Shown here piece by piece: positions 46,104 to 55,856 of a stretch of 64,000 bases of DNA. The position numbers and the translations under genes were made by a program. Numbering within the stretch: the stretch's first letter is position 1; the number at the start of each line of letters is the position of its first letter. Source of the DNA: an uncultured virus (IMG/VR IMGVR_UViG_2908492839_000003) (taxonomy: Duplodnaviria; Heunggongvirae; Uroviricota; Caudoviricetes); IMG/VR virus record IMGVR_UViG_2908492839_000003, positions 1-64,000 of that record, one strand, 5' to 3'. The notes beneath the pieces were generated by a model that ran no database searches, had not been told where the DNA came from, and worked only from the letters and a program-made list of their open reading frames with translations.

Positions 46104-47273
46104 TCAGGAAAGTTTCAGCGCCTGGTTCAGCAGACCTACGATGTCGGGGCCGTCCTTGCTGATCCACTTGGCGTAATGCTTGAAGATCATCGCCGTCGAG
46201 GTGTGCCCCATCTGGTCCGCGATCCATTCGGGAGTGGCGATGCCGCTGCTGAGCATCTGGCTGGCGAAGGTGTGGCGGCACTGATTGGGACCACGCGAGC
46301 GGACGCCCGCATTCCTGAGGTGGCCATGCCACCAGCCGTTGCGCAGCGTATCCGACGTGGAGTACGCCGCTCCGCTAGCACTGTTGTGGAACACGAAGCG
46401 TACCCGTTGAGCCTTTCTGGTCCGGTTGTCGCGGTCTATCACCTCGATCTGTACGGGCGGAAGGCGTCTGGTTAGCTTGGCCTGCTGCTGCAGTGCGCGC
46501 AGCGCCGGGGCCAGTAGCTGGACCTTCCTCGTCGATCGGCGAGTCTTGGTGACCTTGTACTGGCTGCGTACACGGGCGCGGCGGAAAACCACGGTCCCCG
46601 TGTCCAAATCGACATCTTCCCAGGCCAGAGCTATGGCCTCGCTGACGCGGGGGCCGCTCCAGATTATGAATTCCGCCAGGTTCAGCTCACCGATGCGCGC
46701 GGTTTCGGTACCGAGGATGAGGTCGATTTCCTCTCGAGTGAATGGGTCTGGGTCATCCGCATCCGGGAGAGTGATCACGATGCCGTCTGTTGGGTCGTGC
46801 GCGGTCCGGTTCCGAGTTCGATACAGCCGGAAGATCTGCCGCAGGTTGCTGACGATCTCTCGCACCGTCTTGTTGTGCAGCTTGGGCATGAGCGTGTTCT
46901 GCACCCAGTCTTGAATATCCAGGTGGTCGATGCTGTCGGCCTGGCTGTCACCCCAGCGAGGTCGGATGTGGGTTTCCACGCGGCTGGTGTAGCCGCGGAA
47001 GCCGCTGGCGGCGATCTGGTTGCGTTTGATATCGAGCCAGAGGTCGATGTAATGGCCGAGGGTGTTGCTTTTCACCCGGGGTGAGTCCGGGAAGTGTCGG
47101 CTGTAGTTGAAGACTCCTTGCTTGATCTCGTAGTTGATGATGCCGGCCAGCCGTTCGGCATTGGCTATATTCTCGGGCGTTGCGTCCCCTGGTATGGACT
47201 CCCTACACAGTTCGCCCTGGTAGCGGAAGTAGATCCTGATCCGGTTTCCGCGTACCTCGACTCCGTCTGCCAT
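46104..47273 (-). CDS. int: phiCTX-like integrase
   Basis: GVEVRGNRIRIYF arm domain, SGPRVSE, CRHTFAS, QMGH, HY. Confidence 0.95.
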   Translation of the reverse strand: MADGVEVRGNRIRIYFRYQGELCRESIPGDATPENIANAERLAGIINYEIKQGVFNYSRHFPDSPRVKSNTLGHYIDLWLDIKRNQIAASGFRGYTSRVETHIRPRWGDSQADSIDHLDIQDWVQNTLMPKLHNKTVREIVSNLRQIFRLYRTRNRTAHDPTDGIVITLPDADDPDPFTREEIDLILGTETARIGELNLAEFIIWSGPRVSEAIALAWEDVDLDTGTVVFRRARVRSQYKVTKTRRSTRKVQLLAPALRALQQQAKLTRRLPPVQIEVIDRDNRTRKAQRVRFVFHNSASGAAYSTSDTLRNGWWHGHLRNAGVRSRGPNQCRHTFASQMLSSGIATPEWIADQMGHTSTAMIFKHYAKWISKDGPDIVGLLNQALKLS

Positions 47274-47374
47274 CTGGTTCCCCTGATCCACACCAAGCGT
47301 TCAGGCTATCAAGCCTCCAAAAAATAGGCCCGCAAGCGGGCCAAGAAGATTCGTTGCCTGTTTCTGGTAGCTCT

Positions 47375-47482
47375 CTACCGACCGGCCGCCACTACGAAGC
47401 ACAAGGCCAGGACGGCCAGGGTTGCCAGCGAGAAGTTCAGCAGGCTCCTCGGGCTGTCTAACATCTTCAATAGTTCGTGCAT
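47375..47482 (-). CDS. 35-aa membrane peptide (not in ORF track)
   Basis: GAGGAG RBS; MHELLKMLDSPRSLLNFSLATLAVLALCFVVAAGR. Confidence 0.5.
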   Translation of the reverse strand: MHELLKMLDSPRSLLNFSLATLAVLALCFVVAAGR

Positions 47483-47493
47483 GTTGCTTCTCC

Positions 47494-49404
47494 TCAGAGA
47501 CTCCCAGCAGGTTCTGAAATACTCAGTCCAACGGCGACCTGACGCACCCAGATTGGCGTACTACTGAGCAGGAAGGTCTCGCCAGCCTCAGCCAGCAACA
47601 GGGTGGTGCCCATCACGCCGGCGATGGCCTCGGCCGCAGCCGGCGGAACCGCATTGCCGATCCGCTCGCGCCAGTCGCTGTCGCTCAGGCCGTCGAGGGC
47701 CAACTGCTCTTCGGGGTCGACCAAGCTCTGCAGTGCGGCGAGTTCCAGGGTGGTAAACGGCCTGTGCCAGGTGCCGTCCAGCGACTGGATGATGCAGGTC
47801 AGCCGGTCGTTCGCCTCCGGCATGCGCGGATCGGCCACGCTCCATCGACCGTTGTCGTGCCTCGCACTGGCCGACACCGCGCCGGCGGATTGGTCGAACC
47901 CAACTACGCCGTAGTGGCCGCCGGTCAGGTAGGCGTCGCCCTTGGTGCGATCGAGCACGCGCGGATCAGCGATCGACAGCGCGCCGCTGGCCACCTGCTG
48001 GGAGCCGGTGACCGTGCCGGTAGCGCTTCCCCACTCGCCGACGTGCAATTTGCGGCTGCTCGCCCCTGGGTGCCAGTTGTGGTACCTGGGATCGGCAACA
48101 GCCTGGCCGCCGGAGCTGGGTGAGTGCCCGCCGGTGACGGTTCCGGCGTGGCTCCCCATGCTGACGACGCGAAACACGTTGTTGTGCCGGACGCCGCCTG
48201 GGCGCGGGTCGGCCACGGCGAATGCGCCCTGGCCGGTAGTACTGGCCGCGATCACGGTGCCGGACGGACCGTCCCAGTCAGTGACGGGGTACTTGCCGAA
48301 GCTCTGGCCGCGGGGATCGGCGACGGAGTACGTGCCCTGGCCGGGCGACTTGACGCCGATGATGGCGCCCGAGGTGTCAGTCCAGCGGCGCACGCCGTAC
48401 TGCTGGTACTGCAGGGCGTTTGCCGGCGCGCGAGGATCCGCGACTGAGAACCGCCCGTTCATCGGGCGGCTCGCGCCGGCGACAACGCCACACGAATCGC
48501 CCCAGTGATTCACGCCCAGGACGCCCCGGTGGTACTCCGGCACGATGATCAGATCGCGCAGGTAGCCGTCCTCGACGGCCAGGTCATTCAGGCTGCGCCA
48601 GTCGCTGCCGGCGCGCACCAGGGCGAGGCGCACCCAGGTCTTCCACTGCAGGGACGGTACGCGGTGCATTGGGCCGGCGGCCTCGATGTCGCCGGGAAGC
48701 GGCATGCGGCCGAGGATGTCGCCGACGGCGCGGAGCGACTTCTTCTCTGGTTCGTACAGGAAGGGCGGCACTTTCTCGACGTGGCGGGCGACAAGCAGGA
48801 AGCGCTTCCGGGACTGCGCCAGGCCGCCGAGTTCGCCGCAGTCGTGAGTGGTTTCCGCCACGGCGTAGCCGAAGCCGCCGAGTAGGCCGTTGATCTGGTC
48901 AAGCAGGTGCCGGCCGCGGCTCGCCAGGCGCGGGACGTTCTCGAAAACGATCAGCGGCACTGGGTCATCAGCCCATGCCTCGCCCATCAGCCAGATGCAG
49001 CGCAGCGTCAACTCGTTCAGCGCCTGGTACTTCGGGGTCAGGCTCATCTTCTCCGACAGCAGGCCGCTGGCGCCTTTGCAGGGCGAGCTTATGAACACGG
49101 CATCCGGTCGGCGCCCGCCGGCGGCGCGTCGGATGTCCTCCGGGGTTGCCTCCCTCCAACCGGCGGGCGGCTCCGTTCCATGGAAGCGGATGTATTGGTC
49201 GCGGGTGAACAGGTCCAGCAGGGTGCCCGGGACGCCGGCCAGGCGCTCGAAGTCGCGGAGGCCGGCCGGGTCCACGTCGATGCCACCAAGGCATTCCCAA
49301 TGGGCCTCGACGTTGCCGACCCGCGGCCGCGCCCGGTTGAAGCCTGCGGCGCCGCCGCCCAGGCCGCAGCAGAAGTGGAAGTGGTAGAGGGTACGCTTAA
49401 GCAT
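47494..49404 (-). CDS. DNA cytosine-5 methyltransferase
   Basis: FCCGLGG (I), SPCKG (IV), FENV (VI), QSRKRF (VIII), GNAVPP (X). Confidence 0.92.
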   Translation of the reverse strand: MLKRTLYHFHFCCGLGGGAAGFNRARPRVGNVEAHWECLGGIDVDPAGLRDFERLAGVPGTLLDLFTRDQYIRFHGTEPPAGWREATPEDIRRAAGGRRPDAVFISSPCKGASGLLSEKMSLTPKYQALNELTLRCIWLMGEAWADDPVPLIVFENVPRLASRGRHLLDQINGLLGGFGYAVAETTHDCGELGGLAQSRKRFLLVARHVEKVPPFLYEPEKKSLRAVGDILGRMPLPGDIEAAGPMHRVPSLQWKTWVRLALVRAGSDWRSLNDLAVEDGYLRDLIIVPEYHRGVLGVNHWGDSCGVVAGASRPMNGRFSVADPRAPANALQYQQYGVRRWTDTSGAIIGVKSPGQGTYSVADPRGQSFGKYPVTDWDGPSGTVIAASTTGQGAFAVADPRPGGVRHNNVFRVVSMGSHAGTVTGGHSPSSGGQAVADPRYHNWHPGASSRKLHVGEWGSATGTVTGSQQVASGALSIADPRVLDRTKGDAYLTGGHYGVVGFDQSAGAVSASARHDNGRWSVADPRMPEANDRLTCIIQSLDGTWHRPFTTLELAALQSLVDPEEQLALDGLSDSDWRERIGNAVPPAAAEAIAGVMGTTLLLAEAGETFLLSSTPIWVRQVAVGLSISEPAGSL

Positions 49405-49648
49405 GCCGCCGCCCTCCCTGCGTTTTCCTGGCCGCCAGGTTGGCCATGTAGCTGGCCCACTCGACAGCCTTGGCCTGTTGGCGAATTCGGCTGCAGCGTT
49501 GGTGTTTGCCGGTGGAACGTGCGTTGCCGCAGATATCACAGATGCTCGGAAGGTCCAGCCGCTTGCTGGCCATCGCTGGGCGAGTGCGAGCCGCCGACGT
49601 GGTTGTGCTAGCCTTGGCGCCGCCGCCTTGAGGCTGATTCGCTTGCAT
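49397..49648 (-). CDS. Small Zn-finger protein
   Basis: CDIC...H..C. Confidence 0.65.
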   Translation of the reverse strand: MQANQPQGGGAKASTTTSAARTRPAMASKRLDLPSICDICGNARSTGKHQRCSRIRQQAKAVEWASYMANLAARKTQGGRRHA

Positions 49649-49707
49649 GGTGTCTCTCCTTTGGGGTGGTTGGCGCCAGGGAGTGGCCGCTCCCTGGCGC
49701 CTCTTCT

Positions 49708-49914
49708 TCAGCGCCGCGCGGGGTGCTCGCGCAGTTCCTGACAACTGATGCAGCACTCGCAGCCCGGAGCAGCCTGGCGGCGGGCCTCGGGTATCTGCTC
49801 TCCGCAGTCCTCGCACCAGAGGGCGCTGGGCGCCAGGCGGGTGTTTGTCCGCTGGGCCAGGGCGGCCTGGACCATGTTCTCGGCCCGTTCGTTGGCTTGG
49901 TCGATCACATCCAC
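49708..49914 (-). CDS. TraR/DksA C4 zinc-finger protein
   Basis: CEDCGEQIPEARR...CISCQE. Confidence 0.9.
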   Translation of the reverse strand: MDVIDQANERAENMVQAALAQRTNTRLAPSALWCEDCGEQIPEARRQAAPGCECCISCQELREHPARR

Positions 49915-49925
49915 AGTCAGCCTCC

Positions 49926-50279
49926 TTATGCTGCAAGCTTCGCTGCGGCCCAGCGCTTGCTCAGGTCCTGCCAGATCGCATCGCCGTTTTCGAAGTACTC
50001 ATGCACTTCCTGTTTCGGGGCGTAGTCCATGCGCAGCACGGACAGGCACGCATCGAACAGCGCTGGGTCGAGGCGGCGCAGCTCGGTGAGGTCGAAGCGG
50101 TGGGCTTGGCCGTTGTACAGGCCGAGCAGGAACCGACCGATCACGCCGCTCTGGCCGCTGTCGCGCTGGGCGATCGGCAGCAGGCGTTTCAGCGCGGTGA
50201 GGCCGGCTACCTCGTTCTCCTGCTGCCTGGTCTGGAAGTCGTGGATCAGTTGCAGATAGTCGTGGGGGAGGGGTTGCAT
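49926..50279 (-). CDS. Conserved phage protein
   Basis: DSGQS..IGRFLLGLYNG..FDLTELR.LD. Confidence 0.75.
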   Translation of the reverse strand: MQPLPHDYLQLIHDFQTRQQENEVAGLTALKRLLPIAQRDSGQSGVIGRFLLGLYNGQAHRFDLTELRRLDPALFDACLSVLRMDYAPKQEVHEYFENGDAIWQDLSKRWAAAKLAA

Positions 50280-50323
50280 GGTGTCTCTCCTTTGGGGTTG
50301 CAGTTCCGGCGTTGCCGCGCCGG

Positions 50324-53041
50324 TCAGGCTTGGAAAATCCAGCACTTAACGGTGCTGGGTCGGTTGGTGAGAGGGTTCTGGCGGGCGTGTGCCGAACGCA
50401 CGGCACTGTCGACGGCCTTGTATTCGATGAACTTGTGCCGGCGGGACTCTTTCAGCAGGTCGCGTAGGGTTGCCGCGTCGGCCACCTTCTGGCGGTGGTC
50501 GGCGGCCAGCTTCACGAACTCGTTGAGGTTGATGGCGATGGTTCCGGGGTTCTTGCTGTGGTTGAGCACCGACTCTTCGCTGAGGTTTTCGAGGTAGTCG
50601 TAGACCTCCCAGAACTCGGCCACCTCGGGCGCGTCGGCGTTGACGGCGTCCTGGCGCTCCAGGGCCATCGTCATCAGGGTGTGCTGAGCGCAGGCGAGCT
50701 GGTGCTCGGACAGCGGAACCACCAGGCGCAGCGCGTCGACCAGGGCCATCATCTGCGCGTGGTTGAGTATCAGCCGCTCGATACGAATCTGCTTCAGACC
50801 GCGCAGCGTCGCGCTGTGAACCTTCAGCCGCTCGCGGAAGCACTCCAGCACTTGGCCTTCGGCGCGGATCGCCTGTAGCAGGAAGTGGCTGACCTCAAGC
50901 ACTGACAGATGGTTGAGGTTGTCGGCCGCGGCCTGGCTCTCGCGGGTGATTTCCGGCCGGCTAAAGTGCAGCTTCACGATGCGAGTCATGATTGCCTCGG
51001 AGGCCACGACGGTGGCGTTCTGGCTGATCACCAGGGTTCCGCGAAAAGGCGGCTCGTAGGTCTCGTTGCCGGCGGTCTTTTGGCCGGTCACGCCGAGGGA
51101 GCGGCCGTTGAAGAGGGGCTTGAACTCGTCCCAGTCGAAGGCCTTGGCGGCGGTGCCGCGGTTGTTGTCACTGCGGTCGGCCTCGAGCAGAACCATCGGC
51201 ATATTCGACAGTTGGGTCAGCCAGCGGCGCAGGCCCGCCTTGGTCATCTTCGACGGGTCCTGGCCCTCTTCGTCGGCGCGGCCGAGCAGCTTCCAGAGGA
51301 AGGTAATAAGCGTCGACTTGCCGGCACCGGCCTCGCCGGTGGCCTCGAGGAACGGAAAGGACTGGAACTCGGCGCGGATCTGCTCCGCGAACAGTGAGCC
51401 GAACCAGAATGCCAGCGCCACTAGGCCCTTGGCGCCGAAGCAGGTCCACAGCCAGTCCAGCCACTCCGGACGGTAGTCCTTGGCGTCGGTGGCGATCTGC
51501 AGCTTGATCGAACGCTGCAGGGTCTTCAGGCGCAGTTTCTGGAACTCGAAGAAGTCTTCGGCGTTGGCCTTCTCGATCACGCCGCCGCGCACCGCCACGT
51601 CGCCTAGGACGTAGCAGGCATGCTCCCGGCTGTAGCCCAGGTAATCGATGGTGGCCACCGTCTTCAGGCCGGTTAGTTGCAGCTTCATGATCTGGTCGAG
51701 CTGCGCGCCGCTGCCGGTGAATATCGCCCCGGCCGCCACGCCGAGCAGGCGCTTCTTGAACTCGCTGGCCGCTGCGACCTGGGCGCTGGTAAAGGTGTTC
51801 TTCACGCTCTCGTCGTCGGGACGATCTATGCGGAAGTAGTACCAGCTCTCGTCTGTGACCTCGTTGCGCTGGAAGTACAGGGCCTGGGGGAAGCAGTTTG
51901 CGATTTCAACCACATTGCCTGACTGCTGCAGCGCCTTGTCGCGCTTCTGTCTGTCGTTCAGCAACTTATCTTCGTGGTCGTCGCTGTTTTCGAACGCGCG
52001 CATGGCCCGGTCGAACTTCTCAAGGTCCAGCTTGAACCAGAACAATCTGTTACCGAACCGAAAGTGGAATTCGCCGCGGTTGTTCCAGTCGTACATCAGC
52101 AGCGCTTTCTCGGCAGGACTCTCGGCGATCAGTAGCGCACCCTCCTGACGTGCGGTCTTGAGGTCCTTCTCGATCTGCGCGGCGCGCTCGGCCGCGTCAT
52201 CGATGAACATCCAGCGCTGGTGCAGGTCGTTCCAGTCGAATTTGCGGTTGTTGCGCTGCGGTAGTTGGGCCGCTTCGCAGACGTAGCCCAGGGCACGTGC
52301 CTCGGTCACCCACCGCCGGGTGTACCTGTGGGCGCCGGGTTCGTTGTCCAGCGCCCAGATCAGTTTCGGCAGCTTGCCGCCACGGGCTGTCGCGAGTTCG
52401 CGCAAAGACTGCTCGGGGAAGGCGTTGGAGCTCATGGCCGACACGGCGTCGATGCCGTGGTGCAGCAGTGCGATGGCGTCGAAGATACCTTCGACGATCC
52501 ACAGCTCCTTCACCTCCTGCAGGTCGACGCTGGGTGGGCACCACCAGACGCCGCGCGGGCTGTCGCCCGGCTTGAAGCGGGCCTTCTTCTTGCCGAAGCG
52601 GCTCGGGCGATCGATCAGGCGTTCCCAGTAGCCCCCTTTCTTCAATGGGAAACGGACTGTGGCGCTACCGATCTCAAGGTCACGGGCCCAGTAGTTTTCC
52701 TGGCTGTACCAGCCATCGATCAGCGTCAGGTCGAAGCCGCGGGCATGGGCCAGGTACGCCCGGGCCGAGGCGGCGGGTTCCTTGTCGGTGGCCGGCGCTC
52801 GCTTGCTCCAGTCGTCGAAGAGCTCCGGGTAGATTTCCTTGATGTGCCAGGTGTCGCCGCACTTGCCGCGCCCGCAGCGGATGAACCAGGGGCTGTCGAC
52901 CAGGGTGTAGAGCTCCTTTTTGCCGCACGTCGGGCACTCGCCCTTGCGCATGTACTTTGTGCCCTTGATCGGCGTCAGTCCGTACTGATCCTGCAGGCGG
53001 CGCAGCACGTCGGCCTTGAGTTCGCGGTCCATTTCCTTCAT
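50324..53041 (-). CDS. Primase-helicase (Zn finger, Toprim, P-loop)
   Basis: CPTCGK, VEGIFDA, LDNE, GEAGAGKST. Confidence 0.92.
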   Translation of the reverse strand: MKEMDRELKADVLRRLQDQYGLTPIKGTKYMRKGECPTCGKKELYTLVDSPWFIRCGRGKCGDTWHIKEIYPELFDDWSKRAPATDKEPAASARAYLAHARGFDLTLIDGWYSQENYWARDLEIGSATVRFPLKKGGYWERLIDRPSRFGKKKARFKPGDSPRGVWWCPPSVDLQEVKELWIVEGIFDAIALLHHGIDAVSAMSSNAFPEQSLRELATARGGKLPKLIWALDNEPGAHRYTRRWVTEARALGYVCEAAQLPQRNNRKFDWNDLHQRWMFIDDAAERAAQIEKDLKTARQEGALLIAESPAEKALLMYDWNNRGEFHFRFGNRLFWFKLDLEKFDRAMRAFENSDDHEDKLLNDRQKRDKALQQSGNVVEIANCFPQALYFQRNEVTDESWYYFRIDRPDDESVKNTFTSAQVAAASEFKKRLLGVAAGAIFTGSGAQLDQIMKLQLTGLKTVATIDYLGYSREHACYVLGDVAVRGGVIEKANAEDFFEFQKLRLKTLQRSIKLQIATDAKDYRPEWLDWLWTCFGAKGLVALAFWFGSLFAEQIRAEFQSFPFLEATGEAGAGKSTLITFLWKLLGRADEEGQDPSKMTKAGLRRWLTQLSNMPMVLLEADRSDNNRGTAAKAFDWDEFKPLFNGRSLGVTGQKTAGNETYEPPFRGTLVISQNATVVASEAIMTRIVKLHFSRPEITRESQAAADNLNHLSVLEVSHFLLQAIRAEGQVLECFRERLKVHSATLRGLKQIRIERLILNHAQMMALVDALRLVVPLSEHQLACAQHTLMTMALERQDAVNADAPEVAEFWEVYDYLENLSEESVLNHSKNPGTIAINLNEFVKLAADHRQKVADAATLRDLLKESRRHKFIEYKAVDSAVRSAHARQNPLTNRPSTVKCWIFQA

Positions 53042-53271
53042 GCGCGCCCCCGAATCTGCTTGCGCAGTTCGCGGATGGTCCGGCAGATGCCAGCAATGTG
53101 TGGGCGGTCCTCGAGGATGCGCTTGCCGCGCAGCCCCTGCGGCGTATAGCGGTAGCGATCGTCGTACCAGCACTCGGCCATGGCGGCTTCGTACTGGCTG
53201 ACCAGCCAGAGCAGGTACTTCTCAGCCTGGTTCTGGTCGACTTCGACGGTGATTGAAATGTGGCCGCTCAT
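53038..53271 (-). CDS. Hypothetical protein
   Basis: Coupled ORF. Confidence 0.65.
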   Translation of the reverse strand: MSGHISITVEVDQNQAEKYLLWLVSQYEAAMAECWYDDRYRYTPQGLRGKRILEDRPHIAGICRTIRELRKQIRGRA

Positions 53272-53342
53272 GGCGGTGATACCTCGAATTCTGGGCGTAA
53301 CTTCCCCAAACCCACGGCAGTGGGTAGGGCGTGTTTCAGGGA

Positions 53343-53693
53343 TTACTGGGTGTGCTGGGGGCGCTGTTTGAGCAGGTGCGCGGGCAGATAGCGGGCCGGG
53401 ATCGGGAAGCGACAGTGACTGCGGGTGTCGATCAGGTAAACCACCTCGTCGTCTCCCTGGCCCCAGTCGATACCCAGCCAGATAGGGGCTGGCCCCGCGA
53501 AGACCTCATCCCACGCGCGCTGGGCGAGTTGTTCGGCCATGAATTGGGGAACCTCGAGGCCTTTGGCCAGATGGTTGACACAGGCATCGAACAACCGGTC
53601 GGAGCCGGAGGACAGATACTGGTTGGCGTTGGCCTGCAGGTACGCTGCGGCGGCTTGCTGCATGGTGCTGCGGTAGTCGTTGGTGCCGTTCAT
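53343..53693 (-). CDS. Hypothetical protein
   Basis: ATGA-coupled to ogr; MNGTNDYRS start. Confidence 0.65.
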   Translation of the reverse strand: MNGTNDYRSTMQQAAAAYLQANANQYLSSGSDRLFDACVNHLAKGLEVPQFMAEQLAQRAWDEVFAGPAPIWLGIDWGQGDDEVVYLIDTRSHCRFPIPARYLPAHLLKQRPQHTQ

Positions 53694-53983
53694 TGCATGC
53701 ACTCCACGTGATCCAGCAGGTCCAGTTGGTTGGTTGCGGCCGCGAGGTCGCGGCGTGCCAGTTGACGGGTTTTCGAAGGCGCCATGGGGAGCACCAGCAG
53801 TGGCCGCTCGAGGCCCGAGGGGCTGAGCTGGTAGTCCCAGCTCAGGGAGCCGGTGAAGGTGGCGCCGCAGAGCGCGTTTGTGCATTGCGCGTACATCGAG
53901 CGGAAGCACGGGGTTTGGCCCTCGGAGGAGCGGATCCGTATCCGGCTGTGGCAGCAGGGGCAGACGAGCTTGTAGACGCTCAC
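53690..53983 (-). CDS. ogr: Ogr/Delta-like late activator
   Basis: CPCC...IRSS...YAQCTN..CGATF. Confidence 0.85.
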   Translation of the reverse strand: MSVYKLVCPCCHSRIRIRSSEGQTPCFRSMYAQCTNALCGATFTGSLSWDYQLSPSGLERPLLVLPMAPSKTRQLARRDLAAATNQLDLLDHVECMQ

Positions 53984-54450
53984 GCCTTGACCCTCCGGTG
54001 CAGGGTGATCACTGCGCCGACTTCGGCATGTCGTGCGGCCAGGTGTTGGCGGTGGGCGACGATGATTTCGGCGAGTTCGGCCTCGTCGATCTCTCCGTCG
54101 CGTAGCGCCTCGGCGATGATGCGGTCGACCTCGCCGCGCTTGATGGCGGTGGCGACGCCCCGGGCGTACAGATCAAGGTTATCCAGCTGGGCCGGGTCGG
54201 GCATCTGCACAAACATGCCGCCATACAGGTGTGCGACGTACTCGGGGAAGTGGCTGGTGCCGGTTTCCTGCTCGAGCAAGCGCAACTGGTCGTCACTGAG
54301 CGGCTTGCTGCCGGCGTTCTCATAGGCGTGGTTGTCGAACTTCTTCAGATCGAGGCCCAGGCGGGCAGCGGCGCATTCACGACCGCCGGGATAGGCGCCG
54401 ATGATCGCGCTGACCACCTGGCGCCGCGTTTCTAGGAGCGGGCGTTTCAT
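53980..54450 (-). CDS. CII/YmfL-like regulator
   Basis: YPGGRECAAARLG...DGEIDEAE. Confidence 0.75.
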   Translation of the reverse strand: MKRPLLETRRQVVSAIIGAYPGGRECAAARLGLDLKKFDNHAYENAGSKPLSDDQLRLLEQETGTSHFPEYVAHLYGGMFVQMPDPAQLDNLDLYARGVATAIKRGEVDRIIAEALRDGEIDEAELAEIIVAHRQHLAARHAEVGAVITLHRRVKA

Positions 54451-54479
54451 CTTCTGGTGTCTCTCCAGGGCGGTGGCCA

Positions 54480-54710
54480 TTACTGTTTGTCTGCAGCTCG
54501 GCGGATACCGGGGACAACATCTGCCCCTATCTCTTCAGATAGGTCCTTGAGAATCGCGTAGGCGAGGCGGCCATTAGGAAAGCGATCCGCTCCTGCCCAG
54601 CGAGCCACTACCTGGGTGACATTGCGTGGCTCGTAGCCGCGAGTCAGGGCGAACTTCCGGTAACTGCTGCCCTTTTCGACGAGACGTGCACGGATCTGAT
54701 TAGGGGTCAT
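54480..54710 (-). CDS. Ner/Cro-like DNA-binding protein
   Basis: IRARLVEKGSSYRKFA; divergent from repressor. Confidence 0.75.
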   Translation of the reverse strand: MTPNQIRARLVEKGSSYRKFALTRGYEPRNVTQVVARWAGADRFPNGRLAYAILKDLSEEIGADVVPGIRRAADKQ

Positions 54711-54775
54711 AGATCGAGTGTTCCCATATAGATAAGATGTACTCACTCGGACATATGTTAGGCACTCGTTTGGAA

Positions 54776-55207
54776 ATGTCAACAGATAAAAATGCACAAA
54801 TGGAAACTTCTGTGCGGTTGCGTGCGGCCTTGGAAGCCAAGGGGCTTTCGATAAAGGAAGCTGCAGAAGCCTGCGGAATACCGTACAGATCGTTCCAGAA
54901 CTATACCCTGGGGCTGCGGGAGCCGAACGCTGAGGCCTTGGGAACGATAAGTTCTCGATTGGGTATCTCTGTTGACTGGCTGCTTACAGGGGATGGCCGG
55001 ATGCTCAGAGGCGTATCCGTAGGAGAAGCGCCCGGTGGGGCGGAGAACCCTCGTGAGCAGGCCCTGTTGGCACTTTGGCGCGAACTAGACGAGGGCGAGC
55101 AGCGAGAAATACAGCTTGCTGCTGAGGAAAAGAAACGTCTGAAAATTCTGGAGCAGCGCCTTGCGGAGCTGGAGGCCGTTGTCGCTGATGTTAAAAGGCT
55201 GGCATGA
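54776..55207 (+). CDS. XRE-family immunity repressor
   Basis: SIKEAAEACGIPYRSFQNY...DWLLTG; start 54776 or 54800. Confidence 0.88.
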   Translation: MSTDKNAQMETSVRLRAALEAKGLSIKEAAEACGIPYRSFQNYTLGLREPNAEALGTISSRLGISVDWLLTGDGRMLRGVSVGEAPGGAENPREQALLALWRELDEGEQREIQLAAEEKKRLKILEQRLAELEAVVADVKRLA

Positions 55208-55243
55208 TCTGTTCTTATTAGGAACGGGCATGGACGGAAAGTC

Positions 55244-55711
55244 ATGGCGGTGCTTGGTAGCAGGGAGCGGCTTGTGCTCCAACAGCGTGGGATTGAAGTG
55301 GTGTCGGGTGTCTACGGTACCTACTACTCCCTCACGAGCAAGGGGCTGTACTGGCTCTTCAATCACGTCCATGAGGTCCGCCCCACAAAACTCCGGTTCT
55401 CCATCCCACTTTTGAAGTCACTTGCCTCTGTCCAGCCGACCAGCAACTGGCGAAACCTCCGTATCACCGCTGTAGTCCTGCCCACCTACAAGGCCCAGTA
55501 CTACCAGTTGGCGGTTTACCTGAATGGTTCTCCGCCACGGCAGATCTACCATTCCCCGGTCGAGCGTAGCGTGCCGGAGGAGTTCAATCTTCTTAGCGGG
55601 GCGCCATTCATCTCGGCGGCAACACACGGAGTAGGCGAGGTAAGAGGCCAGCTCACTGAAGTAGAGCGGCAACGGCTCACCGCAGGCGAGTACATTGAGG
55701 TGGCGCTCTGA
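55244..55711 (+). CDS. Accessory hypothetical protein
   Basis: ORF co-oriented directly after repressor. Confidence 0.65.
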   Translation: MAVLGSRERLVLQQRGIEVVSGVYGTYYSLTSKGLYWLFNHVHEVRPTKLRFSIPLLKSLASVQPTSNWRNLRITAVVLPTYKAQYYQLAVYLNGSPPRQIYHSPVERSVPEEFNLLSGAPFISAATHGVGEVRGQLTEVERQRLTAGEYIEVAL

Positions 55712-55856
55712 TGAGGACTTGTGCAATTCAACGTCCAATGAGGAAACTTTTCAAGGGTAACTGTGTTCTTGCTTGAAGTTTTTAAATTATGGGGGTGTCT
55801 GCCTTTAATGAGTTTTTCTTTGTTGTGCGTTTTTTTGATTTTTTATGGGAGGGTGT

